A stretch of DNA of 64,000 nucleotides from Mobula birostris. Lineage: Eukaryota. The stretch is from NCBI RefSeq assembly GCF_030028105.1, contig NC_092397.1:21276630-21340629 (forward strand), in the 5' to 3' direction. Of this stretch, positions 13,150-26,239 are shown in pieces. Each line of letters begins with the position of its first letter. The first letter of the stretch is position 1. The notes beneath the pieces were generated by a model. The model was not told the DNA's origin. It was given only the letters and a program-made list of their open reading frames with translations, and did no database searches. Made by a program: the position numbers and the translations under genes.

Positions 13150-16100
13150 GTAAGACCATAAGACATAGCAGCAGAATTAGGCCATTTGGCCTATCGAGTC
13201 TGCCCCACCATCCAGTCATGGCTGACCCTTGTTTCTCCTCCTCAACCTCACTCCTCGGCCTTTTTCCTGAAGCCTTTGATGCCCCATCCAATCAAGAAAC
13301 TATCAAACTCTGCCTTAAATACACCCAACGACCTGGCCCCCACAGCTGCCTCTGGTAATAAATTCCACAAATTCACCACACTCTGGCTAAAGAAATTTCT
13401 CTGCATCTCTGTTTTAAATGGGCGCCCCTCTACCCTGAGGCTGTGCCCACTTGTCTTAGACTCCCTCGCCATGGGAAATGGGAAACGTCTTTTCCACATC
13501 TTTTCTGTCTAGTCCATTCAACATTTGAAAGGTTTCAATGAGATCCCCCCTCATCCTTCTAAATTCCAGTGAGTACAGACCCAGAGCTATCAAACATTTC
13601 TCAGAGGCTAACACTCTCAATCCTGGAATCATCCTTATGCACCTCCTCTGAACCCTCTCCAGTGCCACCACATCTTTTCTGAGATGAGGAGCCCAAAACT
13701 GTTCACTGTCGTCAAGGTGAGGTCTCACCAGTGCCTTATAAAGCCTCAGCATCACATCCCTGCTCTTATATTTGAGACCCCTTGAAAGGAATGTTAATTA
13801 TAGTATTTGCCTTCCTCATCACCAACTCTATCTACAAGTTAACCTTTAGGTTGTTCTGCACGAGGACTGCCAATTCCCTTTGCACCTCAGATTTTTGGAT
13901 TTTCTGCCCATTTAGAAAGTCTGCACATTTATTTCTACTACCAAAGAGCATGACCATGCATTTTCTGACATTGTATTTCATTCGCTACTCTCCTGCCCAT
14001 CTCCTGATCTGTTTAAGTCCTTCTGCAGCCGACCCATTTCCTCAACCCTGCCTGCCCCTCCACCAGTCTTCATATCATCTGCAAACTTGACAACAAAGTC
14101 ATCTATTTCATCATCTATATCATTGATATCCAGCATAAAAAGAAGCGGTCGTAACACTGACTCCTGCAGAACACCACTACTTACTGGCAACCAACCAGAA
14201 AAGGATCCTCTTATTACCACTCGCTGCCTTCTACCAGTCAGTCAATGCTTGTAACTTTCCTGTAATACTATGGGTTCTTAACGTGGTAAGCAGGCTCATA
14301 TGTGGCACCTTGTCAAAGGCCTTCTGAAAGTCCAAATATACAACATGGCAGCATCCCCTTTATCTATCCTACATGTAATCTTCTCAAAGAATTCCAACAG
14401 GTTCATCGGGCAAGATTTTCCCTTAAGGAAACCATACAGTATTTGTCCTATCTTGTTCTGTGTTTCCAAGTACTCGAGAACTTCATCCTTAACAATTGAC
14501 TCCAACAACTTCCCAACCACTGAGTTCAGGCTAACTGGTCTATAATTTCATTTCTGTTGCTTTCCTGGAGTCTTAAAGAGTGGGGTGACATTTGCAGTTT
14601 TCCAGTTATCTGGCACCATGCTAGAATCCAATGATTTTGAAAGATAATTACTAATGCCCTCACAATCTCTATTGCTATCTCTTTCAGAACCGTAGGGTGC
14701 AGTACATCTGGTCCGAGTGACATGTACCTTCAGGTCCTTCAGCTTTTTGAGCACCTTCTCACTTGCAATTGTAACTGCACTGATTTCTCTTCCCTCACAC
14801 CTTTACACCCTTTAAGGTGGGGGGTAATATGGGATGGAGAGTTTAAGGGGCAGCACAACATTGTGGGCTGAAGGGCCTGTATTGCGCTGTACTATTCTAT
14901 ATTCAATATCTGGCACACTGCTAGTGTCTTCTGCAAAGACTGATGCAAAATACCCATTTAGTTCATTAGCCATCTCCTTGTCCCCCTTTATTATTTCTCC
15001 ACCCTCGTATTCCAGCGGTCCTATATCCACTCTCATCTCTCTGTTATTTTTAACACACTTGAAAAAACTATTACTACGCACTTTGATATTGTTTGCTATT
15101 TGTTTTCACATTTCATCTTTTCCCTCCTGTTATTCTTTCTGTAGGCTGTTAAAAGCTTCCCAATCCTCTGTCTTACCACTAATTTTTGCATTGTTGGATG
15201 CACTTTCTTTTGCTTTTACATTAGCTGTGACTTCCCTCATCAGCCCCATTTTGCCATTTGAGTGTTTCTTCATTTTTAGGAAAACATCTATCCTGCATCT
15301 TCCTCATTTTTCCCACAAACTCACACCATTGCTTCTCTGCTTGATCCCTGCCAGCATCTGCTTCCAATTTACTTTGGCCAACTCCTCTCTCATACCACTG
15401 TAATATTCTTTACTTCACTGAAATACTGATACGTCAGACTTTTCTTTCTTCCTATCAAATTTCAAGTTGAACACAATCATATTGTCATCACTGTTTCCTA
15501 AGGATTCTTTTACCTTAAGCTCCCTAATCATCTCAGGTTCATTATATAACACCCAATCTAATGTAGCTGATCCCTGTTCTAAAAAGCCATCTTGTAGGTA
15601 TTCAACAAACTCACTCCCTTGAGATCTATTTCCAACCTGATTTTCCCAATCTATCTGCATGTTGAAATCTCCCATGACTATCATAACATTGCTCTTTGGC
15701 ACGTCTTTGCTATTTCCTGTTGTAATCTGTGGTCCATATCCAGGCTGCTGTTTGGAGGTCTGTATATAACTGCCGTCAGTGTCCTTTTACCCTTGCAGTT
15801 TCGAAACTCAATGCAGAATGATTCAGCATCTTCTGATCCTATATCACATCTTTCTACTGAATTGATGCCACCCCCTCTGCCTACCTTCCCATCTCTCTGA
15901 TACAACATGTAACCTTGGACATTTAGCTCCCAACTGCAAGCATCCTTCTGCCACGACTCAGCGATGGCCATGACAGCATGTCTGACAATCTGTAATAGGG
16001 CAATAAGATCATCCACCTTATTTCTTATACTCTGTGGGTAGAGATATAACACCCTGAGTACAGTATCGCTACCCTTTGATTCTGCATCCCTCATGCACTG

Positions 16101-16270
16101 ATACCCACCCTGCTGGCTGTGGTGATGTCCTATCATCTGCCTGCCCTTCCTGACAGTCTAATTGCATGCTATCTTTGCTTTTTTACCCTCCATCCTATCC
16201 TGAGTGCCTTCACTCTGGTTCCTACAACCCCACCCTTGCCACATTAGTTTAGCCCTCCCCTACCGCTCTA
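13150..16270 (-). mobile_element. Degenerate near-full-length CR1 ORF2 (APE endonuclease plus RT)
   Basis: Reverse-strand fragments SIRNKVD/YRPPNS/MGDFN (endonuclease), GPDVLHP, FADD and RVVNLWN; many frameshifts; small CR1 tail insert at ~14815-14900. Confidence 0.9.
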
Positions 16271-16539
16271 ACAAACCAGCAGTATACCCAGAAGAAAACT
16301 AATCTCAGGGTTGTATATGGTGACAGAAATATATTTTGATAATACATTTACTTTCAGCTTTGAACTTTGTAGCAGAGAGCCGGGTGTTGTACTGGTCTGT
16401 GTCCTCACTGGCCGGTGCTGTGCTCTGGCAGCTCAGTGTGCCTGGTATACAGTGTCAGTGTTTTTACTGAAGTGTGTCCTTATTACACAATTGACCTTGT
16501 CCAGCCTGGAGCTGAGAAGATTCAATGGCGACCAGAATG

Positions 16540-17060
16540 ATTTGTTTTGGTCACCCTGCTGTATGACAGACACCATTAAGCTGGAAAGAGTGCAGAGGAG
16601 ATTTGTGGAAAGGATTTTAGACAATTTTCCCTGGAATGTTGGAGAATGAGTTCTGATATTGCAGAGGCGTATAAATTCATGAGAAATCTGGGTTGGATCA
16701 AAGAGAACAGTCTTTTTGCCAGTGTTGGGGAATCAAGAACTGGAGGGCATTGGTTTAAGATGGGATGTAATAGGGACCTGAAGGGCAACTTTTCCACACA
16801 CAGGCTGATCAGTAAATGGAATGAGCTGCTATGGGGAGTGGTTGAGTCAGCTACATTAAAAAGGCACTTAGGCGGGTAGATGGAAAGGAAAGGTTTTGAA
16901 GGATATGGGTCAAATGGAAGGAAATGAGACAAGGGGGAGGACAACCTTGTTCATAATGTGGTGGTGAGGGGGTTACAGACCATGAGCTCAGATGGGAACT
17001 TTGGTCAGCATGGACTATTTGAGCTGAAGGGCTCGTTTCTGTGCTGTGTGAATTTGACTC
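16540..17060 (+). mobile_element. Old CR1 3' fragment
   Basis: LERVQRRF...GESRTGGH...KGNFSTHR motifs. Confidence 0.75.
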
Positions 17061-17964
17061 TAAACCCTGGTGACTTATTTCAATGACATTAAACTTTTCT
17101 AAATGACATTATTTCTTTATAGATTATAGACTCCAGTACCTGAAGTGAAGTTAACTGGACTACAGTTACCTGCTTTTCATCTTTCACCCATCTTCAACAA
17201 TGGTTTTCAACTCCACTGGGACCTTTCTGTAACAGTGAGTTTTGACAGACTTCAATGTCTCTACTTTCTCTCCAGACTTCCTGTGAAAGCCTCCAGTGCA
17301 GGTCTTTGGGACCAAGTAATGTTTGCGTTTAGTCCCATTAGTTTTTTCCCTCGTGATGGTGATTGTACGCATTATGGCACAATATTGAAATGTCACCATC
17401 TGTGGGATGTTTGCTGCGCCAGCACTGTGAACACTAATGCAAATTACTGGAGTTAACTTCTCTGCTTTTTCCTTGTTAGTTTTAGTTTTTGTCTCATCAC
17501 TGGTTCCTGGAAAAGTCCTGATCTTCTTGTCTGCCTCCTTTGACCACAGAATGTTCTTTGCTGTCTGTGATCCCTCTATCTAATTGGGATCAACGTCTGC
17601 TGAGTGTTACGAACACTCTCTCCTTAAACATCTGCCACTGCTCATTACTGACCTGTCCCTGAGCCTATTTACCCCATCTGCCCCAGACAACTCCACTGTC
17701 ACGTCTCTGTAATTGTCTTTATTTAGGTTGAGGACACTGGTTCTGACCTGGTGTTCACCCTCAATCTGTGGTCTGGAGATCTCCCACATTGTGATCACTT
17801 CTTCAGGGATCCTTCACCACAAGATCTCTCTGTAATCCCACCTCATTGCACAGATTACATCTGAAATGGCCCGTTCATGGGTAAGATACTGCTGTAGGAA
17901 ACTGTCTCTGACCATTCCACAAATTCCTCTTCCACTGTACCAGTTAGATTAGCTTAATCAATAC

Positions 17965-19170
17965 ACAGACTGAAGCAAACACACAGAAAATGCTGGAGGA
18001 ACTCAGCAAACAGTTGACATTTCGGGCTGAGAACGTTCATCGGGATTAGAAAGAAAGGGACAAAAGCCAGAATAAGGTGGTGGGGGAGGGGGAGGAGGAC
18101 AAGTGAGGGGTGGGGAACGTGTGGTTTGTGGAGGGATGATGATGTGAGGAGCTGGGTGACAGGCAGAAAAGGCAAAGAGATGGAGGGAAAGAAATCTAAT
18201 AGGAGAGAATGATGGACCATGGGATGACACGGAGGAGGTGGAGAACCACAGAGAGTTGATGGGCAGGTCATGAGGGTGCGTGAGGAGAGGTGGCAAAAGT
18301 CAGAAGAAAAGTAGTAGTTCACTGGGGGGGGGGTGGCAACAGAGGGTAATCATTTCTTGAATTTGGAGAAATCAGTGTTCATGCCTTCGAGGTCGGAGGC
18401 TGCACAGTCAGAATATGAGGATTTGCTCATCCAACCTGTACTTGGCCTCACTGTAGCGAGAGAGGAGGCCGTGTACGGACATGTTGGTGATGGCCCTCTG
18501 CAGGTCAGGGTCGATCATGGATATTGCACCCTAGTGTCAAAGTCAATATGTAAGTCAGGGAAGTGTGATATGTAAAGCAAGCAGTTGCCCATGCAGGGGC
18601 CCCTGCTCTCCACACAGCTGATGAATGCAAAGCAACGGCAGAGACCGATACAGTCAGGCACCAGCGGTGTTGCAGGATTGCCAGTCTGCATTGAACACAG
18701 GACCGACAGGGAATCCAGCTCCGGATTGTTCCTCAGGGTTTACTCCCGAAGTCTTCCCATGAATGGGTCTAGCCACAGCCCAGTGGAGGTTTGAGATCAG
18801 AATTTTTCTTCCACTGGATCTGCCAAGTATGGCTGAGGAGCCTCATCTGCCCATAGCAGTTGGTTATATGATGCCAATAAACCCATTTGCATCTTCCCCT
18901 GTCATTAGAAACAGTTTGTCGGATGTCGTAGCTAAGCCATATGTAAAAGCCAGGAGCTGGACTTGGTTGACAGAGACAATCTGAGGCACACACCATTGGC
19001 AGCATTTAATTGGAAGTGGGAGCTTTGCCCATTATTACCCCACCACCGGTTAAAACAGCTGTAAGGGACCGATATGTCGGTATGTGAATGGGAAACTCAA
19101 TTGGAATGGGTTGTCACCAGCAGATCATGGTTGTTGCAGCTCACAGAGCAAAGATACTCGATGCAGCGCT
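17965..19170 (-). mobile_element. Penelope-like 3' remnant interrupted by an RTE-like insert
   Basis: Terminal cacacagaaaatgctggagg; degenerate hammerhead at 18011-18047; purine-rich tract; sequence resembling the EEQHLIFRL...GMNIDF end seen at 25556-25700. Confidence 0.7.
18493..19068 (-). mobile_element. Non-coding insert resembling an RTE-clade LINE 5' UTR
   Basis: Reverse strand ...gaagaaaaattctgatctcaaacctccactgggctgtggctagacccattcatgggaagacttcgggagtaaaccctgagg... resembles vertebrate RTE 5' UTRs (recalled from memory, not aligned); imperfect flanking duplication gacatgttggt/gatatgtcggt. Confidence 0.5.
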
Positions 19171-19347
19171 ACCCTAATCTGCTTCTGATTAAATCTCTCA
19201 TGACAATCACAGTTCCATTCTCATCTCTCTTTGATATTTCCCCTCTTTGTGTTTTATCCCATCAGGAGGAACACCTGAGGATCTTGAGACCACTCCTCCC
19301 CATGTCTTCTTTCCCTCCCCCTTTCACCATCACTGTCGCTACATGTA

Positions 19348-20698
19348 AAGTGCCGATGAAAAGTATTCACGCCCCTTGGAAGTTTTCATCTTTTATTGTT
19401 TCACAACATTGAATCACTTTGGTTGAATTTGGCTTTTTTTTATACTGATCAACGGTAAAAAAAACTCATTTGTGTCAAAGTGAAAACAGATCTCTAAATT
19501 AATTACAGATATAAAAACATAAAACAATTGCCTGTATAAGTATTCACCCCCTTTAATATGACACACCAAATCATCACTGGTGCAGCCACTTGGTTTTAGG
19601 AGTTACATAATCAGTTTAATGGAGATCACCATGTGTAGTCAAGGTGTTTCAATTGATTGTAGTAAAAATATGTCTGTTTCTGGAAGGTCCAACTACTGGT
19701 GAGTCAGTATCCTGGGAGAAACTACAGCATGAAGACAAATTAACACTCCAAGCAGCTCTGCAAAAATGTTTTGGAAAAACACATGTCAGGAGATGGATTC
19801 AAGTCACTAAATACCCTTGGAGTACAGTTATGTCACTCATCCAGAAATGGGAAGAATATGGCACAGCTGTAAATCTGCCAAGAGCGGACCGTCCTCAAAA
19901 ACTGAGTGACCGTGCAAGAAGGGGACCAGTGAGAGAGGCTCCAAGTGACCTGTGACAACTCTGGAGGAGTTACAAGCTGCAGTGGCTGAGATGGGAGAGA
20001 CTGTGCACACAACAACTGTTGCCCAGGTGCTTCACCAGTTGCAGCTTTTTGGGAGAGGGGTGAAGAGAAAGCCACTGAAAAATGCTCTCATGAAGCCTTG
20101 CCTGGAATTTGCCAGAAGTGACAGACCCTGAAGTCAGCTGGAAGAAGTTTCTATGGTCTGACATAAACAAAATTGCCCTTTTTGACCATCAAACTGAACA
20201 CTAAGTTTGGCGGAAGCCAGTGATGGCAAACACAAAACCAAAGCTACACAGGAACACCTTAAAACAAAGTTAATATCCTGCAGCGGCCAAGTCAGAGTCC
20301 AGACCTCAATCTAATTGTGGCTGGACTTGAAATGGACAGTTCACACACAAACTGCATGCACTCTGACAGATCTTCAGCAGTTTTGTGAAGAAGAAGGGGA
20401 AAAATTGCAGTGTCCAGGTGTGCAAAGCTGATAGAGACCTATCCACACAGAGTCTACTATGATTATTGCCAAAGGTGCATCAACTAATTACTGACTTGAA
20501 GGAGGTGAATACTTATCCGTCAATTATTTTGTGTTTTATATTTGTAATTAAATTAGATCCCTTTTTAAAGATCTTTTCATTTCGACACCACAGTGTCTTC
20601 TCTGATGATCAGTGTTTTAAATTAAATCCACTATGATTCAACGTTGTAAAACAATAAAACATGAAAACATCCAGTGAGACTAAATACTATAGGCACTG
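19348..20698 (+). mobile_element. Tc1/mariner DNA transposon (IR/DR type), internally deleted
   Basis: TA-flanked ends ta|aagtgcc ... ggcactg|ta; ~200-bp TIRs with internal aagtattcac direct repeats; transposase N-terminal remnant PWSTVMSLIQKWEEYGTAVNLPRADRPQKLSDRARR. Confidence 0.9.
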
Positions 20699-20919
20699 TA
20701 TCCACCCCCTCACCAGCACATTATGAACAAATCCACTCGGCTCCTTTCCATTTTGCCGATTCCGTGTGGAACATGGAACATGATGGAAGGTTGAGTTCCC
20801 AGTCCCAGTCCCTGTAACCATGTCCCTGCAATACCTGGTAGATCAAACATATTCGTGAAAACGCAATTTGGAATAGGTGGCAACCTGCCCCTTGGCCCAC
20901 AATATACGTGCTAATCATA

Positions 20920-21410
20920 ATAATATTGAGAATTTATAAAGTACTGGTGTGGTCTCACTTGGAGTATTGTGAGCAGTTTTGGGCCCTTTATCTTAGGAAG
21001 GATGGGCTGAAACTGGATGGGTTTCAAAGGACGTTCTCAAAATTGATTCCAGGATTAAACAGCTTGTCATATGAAGAGTGTTTAGTGGCTCTGGGCCTGT
21101 ATTCACTAGAATATCAAATGGTGAAAGACCTTGATAAATTGCATGTACAGAGGATGGGAGTATCTAAGACCAGAGGACACAGGCTCAGAATAGAGGAGGA
21201 TCCTTGTAGAATGTGGAGATGAGGAATTTCTTGAGCCACAGAGTGGTGAATCTGTGGAATTCATTGCCAAAGGCAGCTATTGATCCAAGACTTCATGTAT
21301 ATTTATATGTAGAGGTTGATAGATTCTTGATTGGTCAGGGCATGAAGGGACACATGGAGAAGGCAGGAGATTGGGGCCGAGAGGAAAATTGGATCAGCCA
21401 CAATGCCTAA
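20920..21410 (+). mobile_element. CR1 3' fragment
   Basis: YKVLVWSHLEYCEQFW and RVVNLWNSLP motifs. Confidence 0.85.
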
Positions 21411-21499
21411 GCAGGCCATGCCTTTCCAAACGTGCATAAATCCTGTACCTCAATATCCTCCCCAGTAGCTTCTCTACCACTGAAATGAGGCTGCCCTGC

Positions 21500-24400
21500 C
21501 TATAGAAACACAGAAAACCTACAGCACAATACAGGCCCTTCAGCCCACCAAGCTGTGCCGATCATGTCCTTACCTTAGATTACCTCGGCTTACCCATAGA
21601 CCTCTATTTTTCTAAGCTCCATGGATCCATCCAGGAGTCTCTTAAAAGACCCTATTGTTTCCACCTCGACCACCGCCGCCAGAAGCCAAGTCATCGCACT
21701 CACCACTCTCTGCGTAAAAAAAAAAAAAAAAAATCTCTTCTGCACCTTCTTCCAGGCACCTTAAAACTATGCCCTCTCATGCTAGCCATTTCAGCCTTGG
21801 GGAAAAGCCTCTGATTATCCACACGATCAACGACTGTCATTATCGTGTACACACCTATCAGGTCACCTCTCATCCTCCGTCACTCCAAGGAGAAAAGGCC
21901 GAGTTCACTCATCCTATTCTCATAAGGCATGCTCCCCAATCCAGGCAACATCCTTGTAAATCTCCTCTGCACCCTTTCCATGGTTACCACTCCTTCCTGT
22001 AGTGAGGCGACCAGGATTGAGCACAGTACTCCAGGTGGGGTCTGACCAGGGACCTGCATATCTGCCACATTACCTCTCGGCTCTTAAGCTCAATCCCACG
22101 GTTGATGAAGGCCAATGCACCATATGCCTTCTTAACCAGAGTCCACCTGCGTAGCAGCTTTGAGTGTCTTATGGGCTTGGACCCCAAGATCCCTCTGATC
22201 CTCCACACTGCCAAGTGTCTTAACATTAATGCTATATTCTGACATCATATTTGACCTACCAAACTGAACCACCTCACACTTACATGGGTTGAACTCCATC
22301 TTCTACTTCTCAGCCCAGTTTTGCATCCTACCAATGTCCCGCTATAACTTCTGACAGTACTCCACACTATCCACAACACATCCACCCTTGGTTTTACCAG
22401 CAAATTTACTAACCCATTCCTCCACTTCCTCATCCAGGTCATTTATAAACATCATGAAGAGTAGGGGATCCCAGAACAGATCTCTGAGGCACACCAGTGG
22501 TCACAAACTGCCATGCAGAATATGACCCATCTACAACCACTCTTTGCCTTCTGTGGGCAAGCCTGTTTCTGGATCCACAAAGGAATGTCTCCTTAGATCC
22601 CATGCCTCCTTACTTTCTCAGTAAGTCTTGCATGGGGTAGCTTATCACATGCCTTGCTGAAATCCATATACATTATATCTTGGGCTCTACCTTCATCAAT
22701 GTGTTTAATGAAATCCTCAAAAAATTTAATCAGGCTCGTAAGGCACGACCTGCCTTTGACAAAGCCAAGCTGACTATTCCTGATCATATTATGCCTCTCC
22801 AAATGTTCATAAATCCTGCCTCTCAGGATGTTCTCCATCAACTTACCAACCACTGAAGTAAGACTCACTGGTCTGTAATTTCCTGGGCTATCTCTACTCC
22901 CTTTCTTGAATAAGGGAACAACCTCCGCAACCCTCCAATCCTCCGGAACCTCTCCCGTTGTTATTGATGATGCAAAGATCCTCGCCATAGGCTCAGCAAT
23001 CTCCTCCCTCACTTCCAGCAATAGCCAGGGTACATCCCGTCCAGTCCCAGTGACTTATCCAACTTGATGCTTTCCAAAAGCTCCAGTACATCCTTAATAT
23101 CTATATGCTCAAGCTTTTCAGTCACCTGCAAGTCATCCCTACAATCGCCAAGATCCTTTTCCATAGTGAATACTGAAGCAAAGTATTCATTAAGTACCTC
23201 TGCTATCTCCTTCGGTTCCATACACACTGTTCCACTGTCACACTTGATTGGTCCCATTCTCTCACGTCTTATCCTCTTGCTCTTCACATACTTGTAGAAT
23301 GCTTTAGGGTTTTCCGTAATCCTGTCTGCCAAGGCCTTCACATGGCATCTTTTGGCTCTCCTAATTTCATTCTTAAGCTTCTTCCTGCTAGCCTTTTAAT
23401 CTTCTAGATTCATATCATTACCTCGTTTTTTGAACCTTTCGTAAGCTCTTCTATCTTCTTGACTGGATTTACAACTGCCTTTGTACACCACGGTTCCTGT
23501 ACCCTACCGTCCTTTCCCTGTCTCATTGGAATGTACCTATGCAGAACCCCACACAAATATCCCCTGAGGATTTGCTACATTTCTTCCATACATTTCCCTG
23601 GGAACATCTGTTTCCAACTTATGCTTCCAAGTTTGCCTGAATAGCCTCATATTTCTCCTTACTCCGATTAAACGTTTCCCTAACTTGTCTGTTCCTATCC
23701 CTCCCTTATACTATGGTAAAGGAGATAGAATTGTGATCACTATGTCCAAAATGCTCTCCCACTGAGAGACCTGACACCTGACCAGGTTCATTTCCCAATA
23801 CCAGATCAAATACAAGTCTCTCCTCTTGTAGGGTTATCTACATATTGTGTCAAGAAACCTTCCTGAACACACCTAACAAACTCAACCCCATCTAAACTCC
23901 TCACTCTAGGGAGATGCCATTCAATATTTAGGCAAATTAAAATCTCCCACCACAACAACCCTGTTATTGTTACATCTTTGCAGAATCTGTCTCCCTACCT
24001 GCTCCTCGATGTCACTGTTACTATTGGGTGGTCTATAAAAAGCACCCTGTAGATTTATTGATCCCTTCCTATTCCTAACTTCCACCCACAGAGACTCTGT
24101 AGACAACCCCTCCCTCACTTCTTCCATTTCTGCAGCCATGATACTATCCCTGATCAACAGTGTCACGCCCATACCACTTTTGCCTCCTTCCCTGTCCTTT
24201 CTGAAACATCTAAAGCCTGGCACTTGAAGTAGCTATTCTTGCCCCTGCAACATCCAAGTCTCCGTAATGGCCACAACATCATAGCTCCAAGTGCTGATCC
24301 ATGCTTTAAGCTCATCCGCATTTTTCATAATATTCCTTGCATTAAAATAGACACATCTCAAACAATCGGTCTAAGTGCGCCCCTTGTCTATCACCTGCCT

Positions 24401-25110
24401 ATTCTCCTTTTCCAAGCTTTCTTTATCTGAGTGCCAACCTCCCTTTCCTCCGTCACTTCAGTTCAGTTCCTACCCCCTACAGTGCTAGTTTAAACTCTCT
24501 CCAACAGCCTTAGTAAACCTCCCCGCCAGGATATTGGTCCCTTTGGGATTCAAATGCAATTTGTCCTGTTTGTACAGGTCACACCTGCCCCAAAAGAGGT
24601 CCCAAAGATCCAGAAATCTGAATCCCTGCCCCCTGCTCCAATCCTTCAGCCAGGCATTTATCCTCCACCTCATTCTATTCCTGTACTCCTGAGATTACCT
24701 GTGAGGTCCTGCTGCTCAACTTCCTTCCAAACTCCCTGCAGTCTGTTTTCAGGACCTCCTCCCTTTTTCTACATATGTCATTGGTACCAATATGTCCCAC
24801 AACCTCTGGCTGTTCTCCTACCTACTTCAGGGTATCGTGGATGTGATCAGAAACTTCCCACACCCTGGCACCTGGGAAGCAAACTACCATCCGTGTTTCT
24901 TACCTGTGTCGACAGAATCGCTTGTCCAACCACCTAACTATAGAGTCCCCTATCACTGCTGCCATCCTCTTCCTTTCCCTGCCCTTCTGAGCCACAGGGT
25001 CAGGCTCTGTGCCAGAGGCGTGGCCACTGTTGTTTCCCCAGGAAGGTTGTTCACCCCCCCCCAACAGTACTCAAACAGGAGTACTTATTGTTATGTGTGA
25101 CAGAAACTGG
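21500..25110 (-). mobile_element. Near-full-length degenerate CR1 LINE (ORF1 esterase remnant plus ORF2)
   Basis: 24485-24673 NAWLKDW...GFRFLD...DLYKQDKLHLN (CR1 ORF1 SGNH esterase); 23921-24223 endonuclease FYRPPNS/GDFNLP; 22593-23021 RT PEDWR...NYRPVSLTSVVGK. Confidence 0.93.
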
Positions 25111-25118
25111 GGTACTCT

Positions 25119-26235
25119 CTAGCAACAGGAATTCTGCAGATGCTGGAAATTCAAGCAACAAACATAAAAGTTGCTAGTGAACGCAGCAGGCCAGGCAGCA
25201 TCTCTAGGAAGAGGTGCAGTCGATGTTTCAGGCCAAGACCCTTCGTCAGGACTAACTGAAGGAAGAGTGAGTAAGGGATTTGAAAGTTGGAGGGGGAGGG
25301 GGAGATCCAAAATGATAGGAGAAGACAGGAGGGGGAGGGATGGAGCCAAGAGCTGGACAGGTGATAGGCAAAAGGGATACGACAGGATCATGGGACAGGA
25401 GGTCCGGGAAGAAAGACAAGGAGGGTGTGGGGGGGGGTACCTAGAGGATGGGCAAGGGGTATATTCAGAGTGACAGAGTGAGAAAAAGGGGAGAGAGAGA
25501 AAGAATGTGTGTATAAAAATAAGTAACAGATAGGGTACGAGGGGGAGGTGGGGCATTAGCGGAAGTTAGAGAAGTCGATGTTCATGCCATCAGGTTGGAG
25601 GCTACCCAGACGGAATATAAGGTGTTGTTCCTCTAACCTGAGTGTGGCTTCATCTTTAAAGTAGAGGAGGCCGTGGATAGACATGTCAGAATGGGAATGG
25701 GATGTGGAATTAAAACGTGTGGTCACTGGGAGATCCTGCTTTCTCTGGCGGACAGAGCGTAGGTGTTCAGCAAAGCATCTCCCAGTCTGTGTCGGGTCTC
25801 GCCAATATACAAAAGGCCACATCGGGAGCACCGGACGCAGTATATCACCCCAGCCGACTCACAGGTGAAGTGTTGCCTCACCTGGAAGGACTGCTTGGGG
25901 CCCTGAATGGTGGTAAGGAAGGAAGTGTAAGGGCATGTGTAGCACTTGTTCCGCTTACACGGATAAGTGCCAGGAGGGAGATCAGTAGGGAGGGATGGGG
26001 GTGACGAATGGACAAGGGAGTCACGTAGGGAGCAATCCCTGTGGAATACAGGGTGGGGGGAGGGAAAGATGTGCTTAGTGTTGGGATCCCGTTGGAGGTG
26101 GTGGAAGTTACGGAGAATAATGTGTTGGACCCGGAGGCTGGTGGGGTGGTAGGTGAGCACCAGGGGAACCCTATTCCTAGTGGGGTGGTGGGAGGATGGA
26201 GTGAGAGCAGATGTACGTGAAATGGGGGAGATGTA
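25119..26235 (-). mobile_element. Penelope-like element 3' part (GIY-YIG endonuclease plus terminal repeat with hammerhead)
   Basis: FTCESAGVIYCVRCSRCGLLYIGETR GIY-YIG motif; GMNIDFSNFR stop; hammerhead motif at 25218-25253. Confidence 0.93.
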
Positions 26236-26239
26236 TCAG

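Noticed and set aside
18615-18655. CTGATGA...GAGAC as a hammerhead
   Set aside because: No convincing stems, and the GAAA core is absent.
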